Positions 29,334 to 39,768 of a stretch of 64,000 nt of DNA are shown here, piece after piece. The position numbers and the translations under genes are program-made. Below the pieces are notes generated by a model. The model was not told where the DNA came from. It did no database searches and saw nothing but the letters and a program-made list of their open reading frames with translations. Each line of letters opens with the position of its first letter. Within the stretch, counting starts at the first letter, position 1. Source of the DNA: Acholeplasmatales bacterium (GTDB lineage: Bacteria > Bacillota_I > Bacilli_A > Acholeplasmatales > Acholeplasmataceae); assembly GCA_003249785.1 (NCBI GenBank), contig QKIB01000101.1, positions 2,970 through 66,969 of the forward strand, written 5' to 3'.

Positions 29334-29981
29334 ATGAAAAAACTATCGATTGTTCTATTGACCATTCTCCTCATTTCAATTGTTTCTTCGAGTACGTATG
29401 CGTGGTTAACTTATGTGCAACGTAAATCCTTAGCATCGGTTGAAACGCATTCAATCACGATTATCATGCAATCTGATGAAACAATAGTAAGTGATGCATT
29501 GTCCTTTACGGATCTTGCATTCATCGATTATGATTTGGACCTGATTCAAGATCAAACAGGTATGCTGTCTGAAATGGCAAGTGTTCAACATCTCAGAATA
29601 TCAACATCATCAGATTCTCCGCTTTCAAAGAATCATTTGGCTTTTAGTCCAACGGATCCAGGGTTAATTTACGTGCTTCTTTTTCAAGGCTACAATACGG
29701 ACACACCATTAAACACCATGGATTATCATGAACTGGTTAATTCAATCATTACTGGTTATATAACAAAAGAAGAACAGCTTTTAGCTATCGAGCAATACAA
29801 TCAAACTGTGATTCAAACCATCGATCAACTGATTTTCAAACCTGAAGATTATATTAGACTTGATATCATTGCATGGGGAGATTATGACAGTTTAGTTGAT
29901 CCAATTCATTATCAAACCATGACATTTGATTTGGCTTTCACTGTGGAATCCATCAATTCAAAAGGTGAGGTGAGCTCATGA
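29334..29981 (+). CDS. Cluster 1 gene I: SipW-class signal peptide protein
   Basis: SSTYA|WLTYV, IAWGDYD; paralog of 52896..53564. Confidence 0.78.
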   Translation: MKKLSIVLLTILLISIVSSSTYAWLTYVQRKSLASVETHSITIIMQSDETIVSDALSFTDLAFIDYDLDLIQDQTGMLSEMASVQHLRISTSSDSPLSKNHLAFSPTDPGLIYVLLFQGYNTDTPLNTMDYHELVNSIITGYITKEEQLLAIEQYNQTVIQTIDQLIFKPEDYIRLDIIAWGDYDSLVDPIHYQTMTFDLAFTVESINSKGEVSS

Positions 29982-30661
29982 AAAGACGTTTCTCAAGATT
30001 AGGACTTTCTATTGTTTCATTGTTTCTTGCCATCAATGCATCCATGTTGTTCGCCTATGCATATTTTGAAAATCAATCGAATTATGGATTTGATTATTCA
30101 ATAGGTGACATTGAAGTTACTGCATATATTTCGTTTGATGGAACTTATATTGATACATCAAGTCCATATTATGATTATGATAATCATTCGATTATCATCA
30201 ATGCAGATGATCCTTTAAGTGAAAACTATATTGGCAATTTAAGCGTAGACATACAGATTAATCCCAATGTAGTTGCACGTGCAAGAATTAAGGTTCTGGA
30301 TGAATGGGAACTGACTAGAACTTATACAGATGCTGGTGAACTTTATCCGATTGATCCCGTAGTTGAGACTGTGTATTTGAGTAACCAAGATGCCAGTTAT
30401 CATCCTTATTCATTGTTTTTGATGGGTGATGGGTATCATCCGATCTATGATGATCAAGGATATGGATATCTCTCAGAAGTTCTCAATAAAAATGTAACAA
30501 CCACCATTCATTTGATTGATGGTGGCAGTATGTATCCCGTTAAGCACAATGATATTTATTCAGAGTCATGTAGCGTTCATTTAAAATTAGTTGTTGATGT
30601 GATACAGGCAAACAGATTCCCAGAATTATGGGGTTTAGATTCAACATTTTTCAGTAGTTAA
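29978..30661 (+). CDS. Cluster 1 gene J: SipW-class signal peptide protein (BsaA/camelysin-like)
   Basis: FAYA|YFEN, RARIKVLDEW and VDVIQANRF motifs; paralog of 53566..54249. Confidence 0.75.
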   Translation: MKRRFSRLGLSIVSLFLAINASMLFAYAYFENQSNYGFDYSIGDIEVTAYISFDGTYIDTSSPYYDYDNHSIIINADDPLSENYIGNLSVDIQINPNVVARARIKVLDEWELTRTYTDAGELYPIDPVVETVYLSNQDASYHPYSLFLMGDGYHPIYDDQGYGYLSEVLNKNVTTTIHLIDGGSMYPVKHNDIYSESCSVHLKLVVDVIQANRFPELWGLDSTFFSS

Positions 30662-30675
30662 GGAGGATTAAAGGC

Positions 30676-33600
30676 ATGACAAAGCGCATCTTCAAGAAGA
30701 TTTTACTTGCGTTTTTTGTCACGCTTTTTTTATTATATTCACTTGAAATTACCCAACAAGATCATGTCCTCGCTGTTGATTATGATTTATCAAATTCATG
30801 GGATGGCGACACTTTAGATTTTTCACCACAGCTCTCCATCGATTATGTTAGTTCATATAGATATTTCAGTGAAATTATTGATTCTTTATCAACTATTGAT
30901 CCCTCTAAAACCTATGTCATTGAAACTGCATATGATCTTTATATGTTATCGGTAAGATCCAACGGCATTGATCGTCTAGCTTATTTGGATTTGAATTACG
31001 TATTAGGTAATGACATCGATTATTATCAGATTGTCCAAGAAAATGTCAATCAACGGTTCATGCCTATCGGATTCATTGATCCATTTACTGGTACTTTTGA
31101 CGGTCAAGGCTTTGAGATTACAAATCTCTACTTTGATTCCATCATGACAGATGAAGACTATCAAACCAACTATTCAGGATTGCGTTATGTCTCAATGTTT
31201 TCACGCATTAGTGCAGAAGCAGAAGTCAAGAATGTGGGACTCATCAATCCGATTATCATTCAACCGATCGAGTGGGGCATTATGAATTATGTATCTGCAC
31301 TTGTAGGCGAAAATTATGGAACGGTTCAAAATGTGTATTTGATTGATAATAGAGATGACGTCTCTGGATTCAATGCTGAAGGTGCTTTCCATCTTTCTGG
31401 GTTGGTCTCTATCAATTATGGAACATTTTCCAATAGTTTTGTTTCAACAAAACATATCAAATCGAATGCGGTTGTTGATAATGATTCAACTAGTGTTATA
31501 TTGTATGCAAATAGTGGGGTCATCAGTCATCTATATTATGATTCACAGATTTACGCAGATGTCAATGCGGATACATCGTTTGCGATTGGATTATTAACCA
31601 ATGAATTTCAAAATCATACGTTATTTGATTCTGGATGGTATTTTAACGATCAATATCAGTCCTTGGCGACAACAGAAGCAGAAACGATACAATATACACT
31701 TAAGAATGACTATCCTATTTTACAAGGATTAAACATCATTAATGGCAAATTAGCTATTGATTCAGCAGAGGATCTCCTTTATATGAATGAGCTTCTTAGG
31801 GTTTCTGGAATGTTTAGGTTATCTACGTTCACTTTAACCCATGATATTGATATGAAGAGTGTAGCATATGATGCTTATCAAGCAGCTAATGTTGGGTTTA
31901 ATGGGACATTGACAAGTGAACAGTTGACTCCTGAAACTGCGCTTTATGAAAGAACTGTCAGTCAGGGTGGAGACCTTCAACATCATACAATTTTAAATCT
32001 GTCTATTCATTATGGAACAGCAGTAGGTAATTTTACAAGTTATGCATTATTTGCTTCATTTTTTGGAACAATTTCTTATCTTAATATAGCAAATATGGTT
32101 GTCGAACCATATGATTTGGATGATCAAACCGTCAAAAGCAAACTGCTTATTTCAACATTAGCAGGTCAAGCAAATGATGGACAGATTGATCATGTTTATG
32201 TTGATGCAACTTTAACTGTTCCCCATTCGAACTTGGTTTTGCCGGTCATCTATGAAGGTGGACTTGTTGCTGAAGGTAAAGCTAATTTGTCACATGTATC
32301 CTCCCATGGATTACTTTCTAATGTAACTCAGATTGATGATGTAAGTAATTCAGAAAGTGCAGTCGGTGGTTTGATTGGACACAGTCAATATAGTCACATA
32401 AGTCAAGCATATCAAGCTATGAATTTGATTGGACTTAGTTATGAAAGTTCGAATGCATCGACCCTTTATTTAGGTGGAGCTATTGGATTTGGCAGCATCG
32501 ATTCAATCTCTGAGATTGTAACGACTGGAAGTTTATTGACCAATGATGATCTTGGAGTCGTAGGTACACTCTATGTTGGTGGTATCATCGGAAATCTTTT
32601 GGATCAAACAGGTGAAATTCATCAACTTTATAACCATATGACCCTTGATGTCAGATTAGCTCAGCCATTAACTCTCTATCTGAGCGGCATCATGAATGTT
32701 GATGGATCTGGAGCAAATGAAAATACAAATTTTATTGGTTACAGCATGACCAATCAAGGTTCACTTACATTAACATATCCTGGAGCAGGTTCATTTTCAA
32801 TCGGTGAACTTAATGCAACCGATATTCACATTGCTGGTGTTATGCAAATCAACAATGTGATCGGTTCATATTATGGATTGTTTAACCAAGTCAGTTACAC
32901 ATTTGATTTATCCCTCATCCAAGAGTTTGCTGGGATTCTTTCAGTTCGCGGTTTATCGACTATCGATTTACAACAAGCCTATCAAACAGGCAATATGACC
33001 CTAGAATCGCAAAATGATCTTACTCAAACTGAGATAAAAATTGCAGGTGTAGCAACTGGTTCAGGATATTCTTTGAATGAAATCCGTAACGAAGGTAATC
33101 TCTTGGTTGTCATCAATGATGACACAAGACAAACTAGTACTAATCTATATGTCAATGGTTTATTTGATACAATCAGTCAAACACACACCTTTTTGAATGG
33201 TTATCAAGGTGGTGACATCTCAGTTTATCAGCAAATGGGATCAACAGTCGATCTGAATGTTTTTGTTTCAGGCATCGGCTATTTAAATGGCAATACGGAT
33301 TATTATAGTGCAAATCAAATCATTTATGATGACATTGATCAGAAACCTAAACAAATTGGACCCATCGATAATGTGCTGAATGATGGCGATTTATTGGTTT
33401 CCGGATCCTTTAATGGAAACATCATATCCTCAGGTTTGATTGCAATCAACCAAAGCATGCTTTCCAATGCCATTAATCTTGGATCCGTTGTGAATCAGGT
33501 TACTGCAATGGGATCTATGAATCTAATTGATGCCTCGGGCCTCATCTACTTGATGGACGGTCCTTATGCAGAACTCGTCAATGGTGCTAATCAAGGGCAT

Positions 33601-36600
33601 ATTGAAGCATTGTCTCTATCTTCTACTTATGGTTATGCAAATGCTAGTGGTCTTGTGTCAAGAAATGATTTAAATCCAGATTTTACGATGATTGGTGCAA
33701 GTGCCACCAATCAATTGGCAAAGATATGGTTCTCCATCAATTATGGTGATATTTTTGCATTCAGTCAAATCGATGAAACCACAGGATACGATATAGCTTC
33801 TGAAACACATAGCAAAGCAGCAGGTATTTTTGGGAATGGGTTATTATCCATCATCGATGCCATCAATTATGGAAATGTTTATTCAAAATATGTTGCAGCT
33901 GGTATCATTGGAACCTTGGATCTTTATCCTTTTCAGACATATGATGCCAATCAAGTTTATATGGCAAATACCATCAATTATGGAAAGATTAGAGCCATTT
34001 CGAGTTATGATACAACTTATCATGTCGATATGAGTTCAGTACCAGCACGTGCTATCTATAATGCATTTGGATCTACGATTGGGAAAATTCAAACTGATAG
34101 TTTAACTTGGGAATTCTTATCGTATTCATCTTATGATTTTAGACCCATTGACTACATCGCTTTTGGATATATGCTGAATTTTGATACGTTATCCAATATG
34201 GTTGGCAATGCTCCAGAAGTCACCTTGGAAGCTACAATTGCAACAAATGGAATAGGAAACGATGTCTTAATGGCACAAATCAGTAAGTTTATGACAACTA
34301 ATCCCAATGATGATTCAAAAGCACCTTTCAATTTATTCTTCATTGAAGTACCCCCAAAAGGTTCCTATTATGGTAAACATATCACATCTTTTGACATGTC
34401 AGAAGAAGCAACAGGTATATTTAGTCCTGATTTCCTTTTTAGAAACTTACCCGTAAGTTATTCAGGAACCAATCAGTATCTCAAGGGTTATTTCAGTTAT
34501 GTTGCACTTGATAAAACCAATGATTTGCTCATTTCCAAACTTGAATCAGATCAAACTGAAACTTATTTAGGTTTATATGTTTTATCGAGTAGTTATGGTA
34601 TCAGTAACGGTATTTTCATTCCTGATCAATTTGATTTGGATGCTTTAAGTCCTCATGAAACTGGAGTCGTTTCTTCAATTGATTGGTTAGGATCCATCGA
34701 TGATGAGACAAGTAGTCTCTATGCATTGCAAAAAACTATGCGTCAAATTGAAGCATCTTATGCGACCGCAATTTATGACCTTGAAATCAAGCAGGTTGAT
34801 AGCAATGGTGATCCCATTCAAGATGGCTTGGTCTTGACTAAGCCAATGATTGATGAAGCACGTGGATTAATCACTTATTATCTACCAAGTAATGCGACTT
34901 TATTGAGTGGGACAACAGTAACCAATATGTCGACATATAGCTATATCGAAGCATCTGAAGGTATTGGACGCAAAGTTCCAAATCTCTATGAAAATGGTTC
35001 ATGGTTTTATAAGTGGGTTGGGCATTATAAAAAGTCAGGACAAGATTATATAGAAATTGGTCCATATAACTCAACAGGTATCTATGATGTAACCTATAAT
35101 ACATCTGTTAGCAATGATAAGAGTGCACAAAACAGTGATATTATTGATAATACAACCTACACCAAACTAACGATTACAGACCCTTCATCCATTTTGACTA
35201 GTGTTTATGTCCATTTGCCACATGTTAAGCAAGTAATTAACAACAATTATTGGTGGGAACAAACTGGTCTCTATGTCAATAGTGTTTCTGCAGTTAATGC
35301 TGGTTATGGGGCATATAAACTTATCAATTACCAACAACCTCCGATTTACTCTGCTGTTTATCAATATGTTGGAGCAAGTGAGGAACTAGTTACATATGAA
35401 AGAACAAGTTCAACAACGACGCCAGTCTTTAATGATGCAGGCATCTATTTTGACGTAAATTTTGATCAAAGTACATACAGTATAGCTCAAGGTGCATCCT
35501 TAACCTATAATGATCAAGCATTGCATACGATCTCTAGTGTGCCACAATCTTACGGTGTCTATGATGTTTTAATTGACAGTTTGACAGATACATATATTGA
35601 CAGTGTCACAGATCATTATGGTAGCATTCGTGTTTATTCGCATGATTATGATCCATTGATTCCAGCAAGTTATAGAGACTATGATATTAGAATCATTAGA
35701 ACTGCAGATCAAAATTTAACAGGTATTTCCGAACTGATGGTTGATGGAATAGATGCATTATCTAGTTATACAGATTTTCATGATGTGAGTGCATCAGTCA
35801 ACCTGAACTATGAAAAAAGTGGTGATTTAGGCGTTTTAAGTGTCACTTATCAGACCAACAATTTAGCAAATGGAACTTCATTATTACCTTGGGTAACTGT
35901 GATAGATGTTGATACTGGATTGACATTGGATCCTTCGCTTTACCATCTATCAAAGGGACTTGTTGAAAACACGAACACCTTCAATAATGCTGACGGAACA
36001 TTTGGATATGGGTCTGTAACAATTGATCTTGAAGTGACGGATTACATGCCCTCGGGGGACTATCAGCTTGTTTTAAATTTATTATCAGAAGAAGTTGCAG
36101 TGATTCATTTCAATAAGATTGAAAGCTCGAATGCTAATGTTGAATCACTCATCTTCAATCAAGAAGAAATAGCACCACAAAGCGATGTTCTGGACTCTGT
36201 TATTCCTTATGGCATCAATTATTCTGTCTCTGATTCAACAACAGATATCGTTAATTTCACGAATCTATCAACTCTGTCAAATCTCTATTACACAAACCTA
36301 GAGTCAGGACAAATCCCAAGTTATTTGACACAATTATCAATCAGTCCTTTTGCTACTTTACTTGGTGTTGATCTTTCGATTTCAATGCTTGATAGTTATC
36401 GACACACCTATACCATCACCTATCATCTTGAGGCTGAAGACGGAACCTTAAATACATTCACGCATGTCTTAACAGAAGCTGTAATGACTAGTTCACCAAG
36501 TCACGTCTATCTTAATGGTGGTGATGTTTCATCAATTTCTCCATATATTGAGATTGGCTATCTTGACTCTCCAACGCTTCGTGTTGAATTTGATTTTAAT

Positions 36601-37980
36601 GATATCTATGATGCAACGTATGATGCGTTAACGATTCAATCGGTTTTTGTACCTGATAATCCATCAGATACTGCACTTCCAGATGTTGATTACTTTATTA
36701 GAACTTTAGATGATATAGGGTATGAAGTTGATTTCAATCGTGAAATATCCATTGGGTATTATACTTTTAATTTATCATTTGAACGCTCTGTTTCATTATG
36801 GGGTGAAACACTGACATGGTCGTATGATTTTGATGATATAGTCATCAGAAAGATTAAGAATGATGATAGTAAACTTGAAAACATCATGTTTGTTTCTGAT
36901 ACCATTTATTCAGGATTTAATACCATTGTTGATGATGTGCTGGTTGATGAAACAACCTACACGACTTATATTGAAAATCCAGATTTAAGACCAATCACTG
37001 TTCTACCAACAACAGGTATTTATTATGGAGATCATGATAGCTCAACGACCTATTGGATCATTGGACAAGTTCAAAAAACCAATTTGAGCTATTATTTACC
37101 AACCTTTGTTTTACCAGATGGTGCCATCATTAGACGTGTGATTAACACACAAGAAATCGATCCGATTTATCAATCAGAGAATCTGGTTGCTGATTTCTCA
37201 CCATATAGCGATGCATTTAATTATGTATTGTATCGGGTTTATGCACATGATTATTCAGAAAACCCAACGCATTATACCGATTATTATGTAGCTGTTCAAG
37301 ATGTGACCAATAATATTAGATTCAACTTGGAGGTCATCAATAACTCGAATCAGATGATTCATGATGTGTATGTTGAAATCAATGTCAGTCAAACAACAGA
37401 GCCTATTCTATCCATGACAGGAAGAGCAATCTTTGATCCATTGACACATACGTATTCAACCAATAAATTCCAAACAACGATTTATGGAACCTATGCACTT
37501 CATATTGATCTGCCACAAGGCGTAACCTATACACTGACTTTGCAGAATGAAGCAGTTGATGGCTCATCATTCTATCTCGAAAATTCATTATTGCCAAGAA
37601 AATATTTTGTGGTCGTGACATTAATCGATGATTTATCGCAAGTCCCTTGGGGGATTGAAGAGACGCTCATCAATCTAAAAGTTCCAGAAATAGATCCCAT
37701 GATCATTTATGGAAGTGGGAGTTATTTTACTTATGATAATCAAGTTTATCAAGTTCAGGATGGCTATAGTTATCAATACAATGCATCATCTTTACCAGGA
37801 TCAAGTCCAGATTTAGGTTTAAGACTTGCTAATCACTTTTATGATCTTGAGAGTACATATCTAGTCGGTGATTATGTTTTCTATCAAGGTGCTTACTATC
37901 AGGCTTTACTTGATAATACCTTAGGTATTGAGCCTGATTCAGTTGGCATCAGTAGTGGTTATTGGGTTTTATTGCCATAA
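30676..37980 (+). CDS. Cluster 1 gene K: giant secreted adhesin-like protein (GLUG-type repeats, two C-terminal CBM5/12-like modules), 2434 aa
   Basis: N-terminal hydrophobic segment, FTGTFDGQGFEITNL, repeated (Y)VGG(L/I)(I/V)G and INYG motifs, C-terminal YLVGDYVFYQGAYYQA...W. Confidence 0.78.
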   Translation: MTKRIFKKILLAFFVTLFLLYSLEITQQDHVLAVDYDLSNSWDGDTLDFSPQLSIDYVSSYRYFSEIIDSLSTIDPSKTYVIETAYDLYMLSVRSNGIDRLAYLDLNYVLGNDIDYYQIVQENVNQRFMPIGFIDPFTGTFDGQGFEITNLYFDSIMTDEDYQTNYSGLRYVSMFSRISAEAEVKNVGLINPIIIQPIEWGIMNYVSALVGENYGTVQNVYLIDNRDDVSGFNAEGAFHLSGLVSINYGTFSNSFVSTKHIKSNAVVDNDSTSVILYANSGVISHLYYDSQIYADVNADTSFAIGLLTNEFQNHTLFDSGWYFNDQYQSLATTEAETIQYTLKNDYPILQGLNIINGKLAIDSAEDLLYMNELLRVSGMFRLSTFTLTHDIDMKSVAYDAYQAANVGFNGTLTSEQLTPETALYERTVSQGGDLQHHTILNLSIHYGTAVGNFTSYALFASFFGTISYLNIANMVVEPYDLDDQTVKSKLLISTLAGQANDGQIDHVYVDATLTVPHSNLVLPVIYEGGLVAEGKANLSHVSSHGLLSNVTQIDDVSNSESAVGGLIGHSQYSHISQAYQAMNLIGLSYESSNASTLYLGGAIGFGSIDSISEIVTTGSLLTNDDLGVVGTLYVGGIIGNLLDQTGEIHQLYNHMTLDVRLAQPLTLYLSGIMNVDGSGANENTNFIGYSMTNQGSLTLTYPGAGSFSIGELNATDIHIAGVMQINNVIGSYYGLFNQVSYTFDLSLIQEFAGILSVRGLSTIDLQQAYQTGNMTLESQNDLTQTEIKIAGVATGSGYSLNEIRNEGNLLVVINDDTRQTSTNLYVNGLFDTISQTHTFLNGYQGGDISVYQQMGSTVDLNVFVSGIGYLNGNTDYYSANQIIYDDIDQKPKQIGPIDNVLNDGDLLVSGSFNGNIISSGLIAINQSMLSNAINLGSVVNQVTAMGSMNLIDASGLIYLMDGPYAELVNGANQGHIEALSLSSTYGYANASGLVSRNDLNPDFTMIGASATNQLAKIWFSINYGDIFAFSQIDETTGYDIASETHSKAAGIFGNGLLSIIDAINYGNVYSKYVAAGIIGTLDLYPFQTYDANQVYMANTINYGKIRAISSYDTTYHVDMSSVPARAIYNAFGSTIGKIQTDSLTWEFLSYSSYDFRPIDYIAFGYMLNFDTLSNMVGNAPEVTLEATIATNGIGNDVLMAQISKFMTTNPNDDSKAPFNLFFIEVPPKGSYYGKHITSFDMSEEATGIFSPDFLFRNLPVSYSGTNQYLKGYFSYVALDKTNDLLISKLESDQTETYLGLYVLSSSYGISNGIFIPDQFDLDALSPHETGVVSSIDWLGSIDDETSSLYALQKTMRQIEASYATAIYDLEIKQVDSNGDPIQDGLVLTKPMIDEARGLITYYLPSNATLLSGTTVTNMSTYSYIEASEGIGRKVPNLYENGSWFYKWVGHYKKSGQDYIEIGPYNSTGIYDVTYNTSVSNDKSAQNSDIIDNTTYTKLTITDPSSILTSVYVHLPHVKQVINNNYWWEQTGLYVNSVSAVNAGYGAYKLINYQQPPIYSAVYQYVGASEELVTYERTSSTTTPVFNDAGIYFDVNFDQSTYSIAQGASLTYNDQALHTISSVPQSYGVYDVLIDSLTDTYIDSVTDHYGSIRVYSHDYDPLIPASYRDYDIRIIRTADQNLTGISELMVDGIDALSSYTDFHDVSASVNLNYEKSGDLGVLSVTYQTNNLANGTSLLPWVTVIDVDTGLTLDPSLYHLSKGLVENTNTFNNADGTFGYGSVTIDLEVTDYMPSGDYQLVLNLLSEEVAVIHFNKIESSNANVESLIFNQEEIAPQSDVLDSVIPYGINYSVSDSTTDIVNFTNLSTLSNLYYTNLESGQIPSYLTQLSISPFATLLGVDLSISMLDSYRHTYTITYHLEAEDGTLNTFTHVLTEAVMTSSPSHVYLNGGDVSSISPYIEIGYLDSPTLRVEFDFNDIYDATYDALTIQSVFVPDNPSDTALPDVDYFIRTLDDIGYEVDFNREISIGYYTFNLSFERSVSLWGETLTWSYDFDDIVIRKIKNDDSKLENIMFVSDTIYSGFNTIVDDVLVDETTYTTYIENPDLRPITVLPTTGIYYGDHDSSTTYWIIGQVQKTNLSYYLPTFVLPDGAIIRRVINTQEIDPIYQSENLVADFSPYSDAFNYVLYRVYAHDYSENPTHYTDYYVAVQDVTNNIRFNLEVINNSNQMIHDVYVEINVSQTTEPILSMTGRAIFDPLTHTYSTNKFQTTIYGTYALHIDLPQGVTYTLTLQNEAVDGSSFYLENSLLPRKYFVVVTLIDDLSQVPWGIEETLINLKVPEIDPMIIYGSGSYFTYDNQVYQVQDGYSYQYNASSLPGSSPDLGLRLANHFYDLESTYLVGDYVFYQGAYYQALLDNTLGIEPDSVGISSGYWVLLP

Positions 37981-38010
37981 AAAAAAGAAGTTGAAACAAC
38001 TTCTTTTTGT
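37979..38010. terminator. Bidirectional intrinsic terminator
   Basis: AAAAAGAAGTTG-aaa-CAACTTCTTTTT between convergent genes. Confidence 0.85.
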
Positions 38011-38011
38011 T

Positions 38012-39487
38012 TTATTCTGGAATCCATTTGGATAAGATAGCAAGCATAGACATCGGATCTACAGGCTTTTCAATGACATCTGACATTCCGACAAGCAGGA
38101 TGGATTGAAGATCATCATAGAGCGCATCAGAACTCATTGCTATAATTGGAACTTCTTTTTGTTTTCTGATGATTCTTGTTGCTTCAAATCCGTCCATAAC
38201 GGGCATATGGATATCCATGAAAAGCAGATCATAGGCGTTGTTTTTGACCATAGAGATTGCCTCTAGACCATGTTGAGCTATATGAACATTCATTCCGAGA
38301 TTAGTCAAAATGCGTTCAGAAAGTTTTTGATTCAATGGGTTGTCTTCAACTAGAAGAATCAGTGACCCACTTCGTGGTTTGCGTTTAAGTGCCTGGTTTT
38401 GATCGTCTGAAAGGGGCTCATAAAGAAGTGGAATTGATAGAGTGAAGGTACTACCTTGATTAACTTGAGATTCCAAGCGAATCTCACCACCCATCAAATG
38501 AGCAATTTTCATACTGATATGCAATCCAAGTCCAGTGCCTCCATAAAGACGGGATGTCGATGCATTGGCTTGATCAAACGCCTGAAAGACTCTAGGGAGT
38601 TCTTCAGAGGATATGCCAATACCAGTATCTTTGACTTTGAAATGTACCATCAAATGTGTGCTGTCAATCGCATGATCAACTTGGCAGGTTAGGCTGATGC
38701 CACCAATTTCGGTAAACTTAGCAGCATTACTGACAAAATTAACGAGAATTTGTCGAATGCGATATGCATCGCCAATCACACGTTTGGGACAGTCAATGTT
38801 CATCATATCTAAATAAAGTTGCTTCGCTTTGGTTTGTTCTTTAAGCATGATGTGAACATCATCTAAGAGTTTATCCAAATCAAATGGTCGATTATCAATT
38901 TGCATCTTTCCTGCTTCTAGTTTGGAGTAATCCAAAATGTCATTGACAATCTTAGATAGATGTTTGGAAGTTTTCCTAATATGATCAAGATATGTGAGTT
39001 GCTCAGGATTAAGTTGTGTTTCAGATAATAGCTCTGCATAGCCCTTTATCGCATTAAGTGGTGTACGAATTTCATGTGTCATATTAGATAAAATTGAAGC
39101 TTTTTCTATGTGTTCGATATCTTGAAAAATCGTTTGGTCAACAACATGCATATATCCAGAAAGCAACTTAGTGTTAAGCTTTTCATTTTGGGGTTGGGCA
39201 GATAGATAAAGACTCATTTCCTTTGAGTTCAAAATACAAAAAAACGGTGTCAATGCATGTTGATAATCATCGATTGCTTGTGTCAAAGGTGACCAGTCAA
39301 ATAATGGAGCTTCCACATTCAATGATTCCAAAAAGTATGGATGATTAGGTTCAATATTTAGGATACTTGAAGAAGCATGATCGAACTCAATAATTTCCTT
39401 ATCCAAATCAAGTTTGAAATAACCCAAATTTGATGGTTTATCTACATTGATTTTGTTGTTTTGATTTGCTTTAGATGTTTGCGTCAT
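38012..39487 (-). CDS. Cytoplasmic hybrid sensor histidine kinase/response regulator
   Basis: SNMTHEIRTPLNAI H-box, NFVSNAAKFT, DTGIG, GGTGLGL; REC LLVEDN...FMDIHMPVMDG. Confidence 0.92.
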   Translation of the reverse strand: MTQTSKANQNNKINVDKPSNLGYFKLDLDKEIIEFDHASSSILNIEPNHPYFLESLNVEAPLFDWSPLTQAIDDYQHALTPFFCILNSKEMSLYLSAQPQNEKLNTKLLSGYMHVVDQTIFQDIEHIEKASILSNMTHEIRTPLNAIKGYAELLSETQLNPEQLTYLDHIRKTSKHLSKIVNDILDYSKLEAGKMQIDNRPFDLDKLLDDVHIMLKEQTKAKQLYLDMMNIDCPKRVIGDAYRIRQILVNFVSNAAKFTEIGGISLTCQVDHAIDSTHLMVHFKVKDTGIGISSEELPRVFQAFDQANASTSRLYGGTGLGLHISMKIAHLMGGEIRLESQVNQGSTFTLSIPLLYEPLSDDQNQALKRKPRSGSLILLVEDNPLNQKLSERILTNLGMNVHIAQHGLEAISMVKNNAYDLLFMDIHMPVMDGFEATRIIRKQKEVPIIAMSSDALYDDLQSILLVGMSDVIEKPVDPMSMLAILSKWIPE

Positions 39488-39768
39488 GGTTGTTTTCTCT
39501 CTTCTTTTTTTAGATTTGGTTACAGGTATAGTTTACCACAGTTTCAAATGTTTGAATGCTCATTCGTTATGGGTTTCACAGAAACTATGAATGATATGAA
39601 AAATCATTTTTGAATTCTTTTTCAATGTAAAAATCGTAAAAGGCACCTAAATAAGCTATTTTCTTTTGCTTAAGCAAAGATATTTAATCGCGTGTGATAA
39701 TCTTTTCATCAGTTGAATTTATGATAGACATAGCATAAAATTAAAGTGGATAGGAAAGTAGAGATGAC

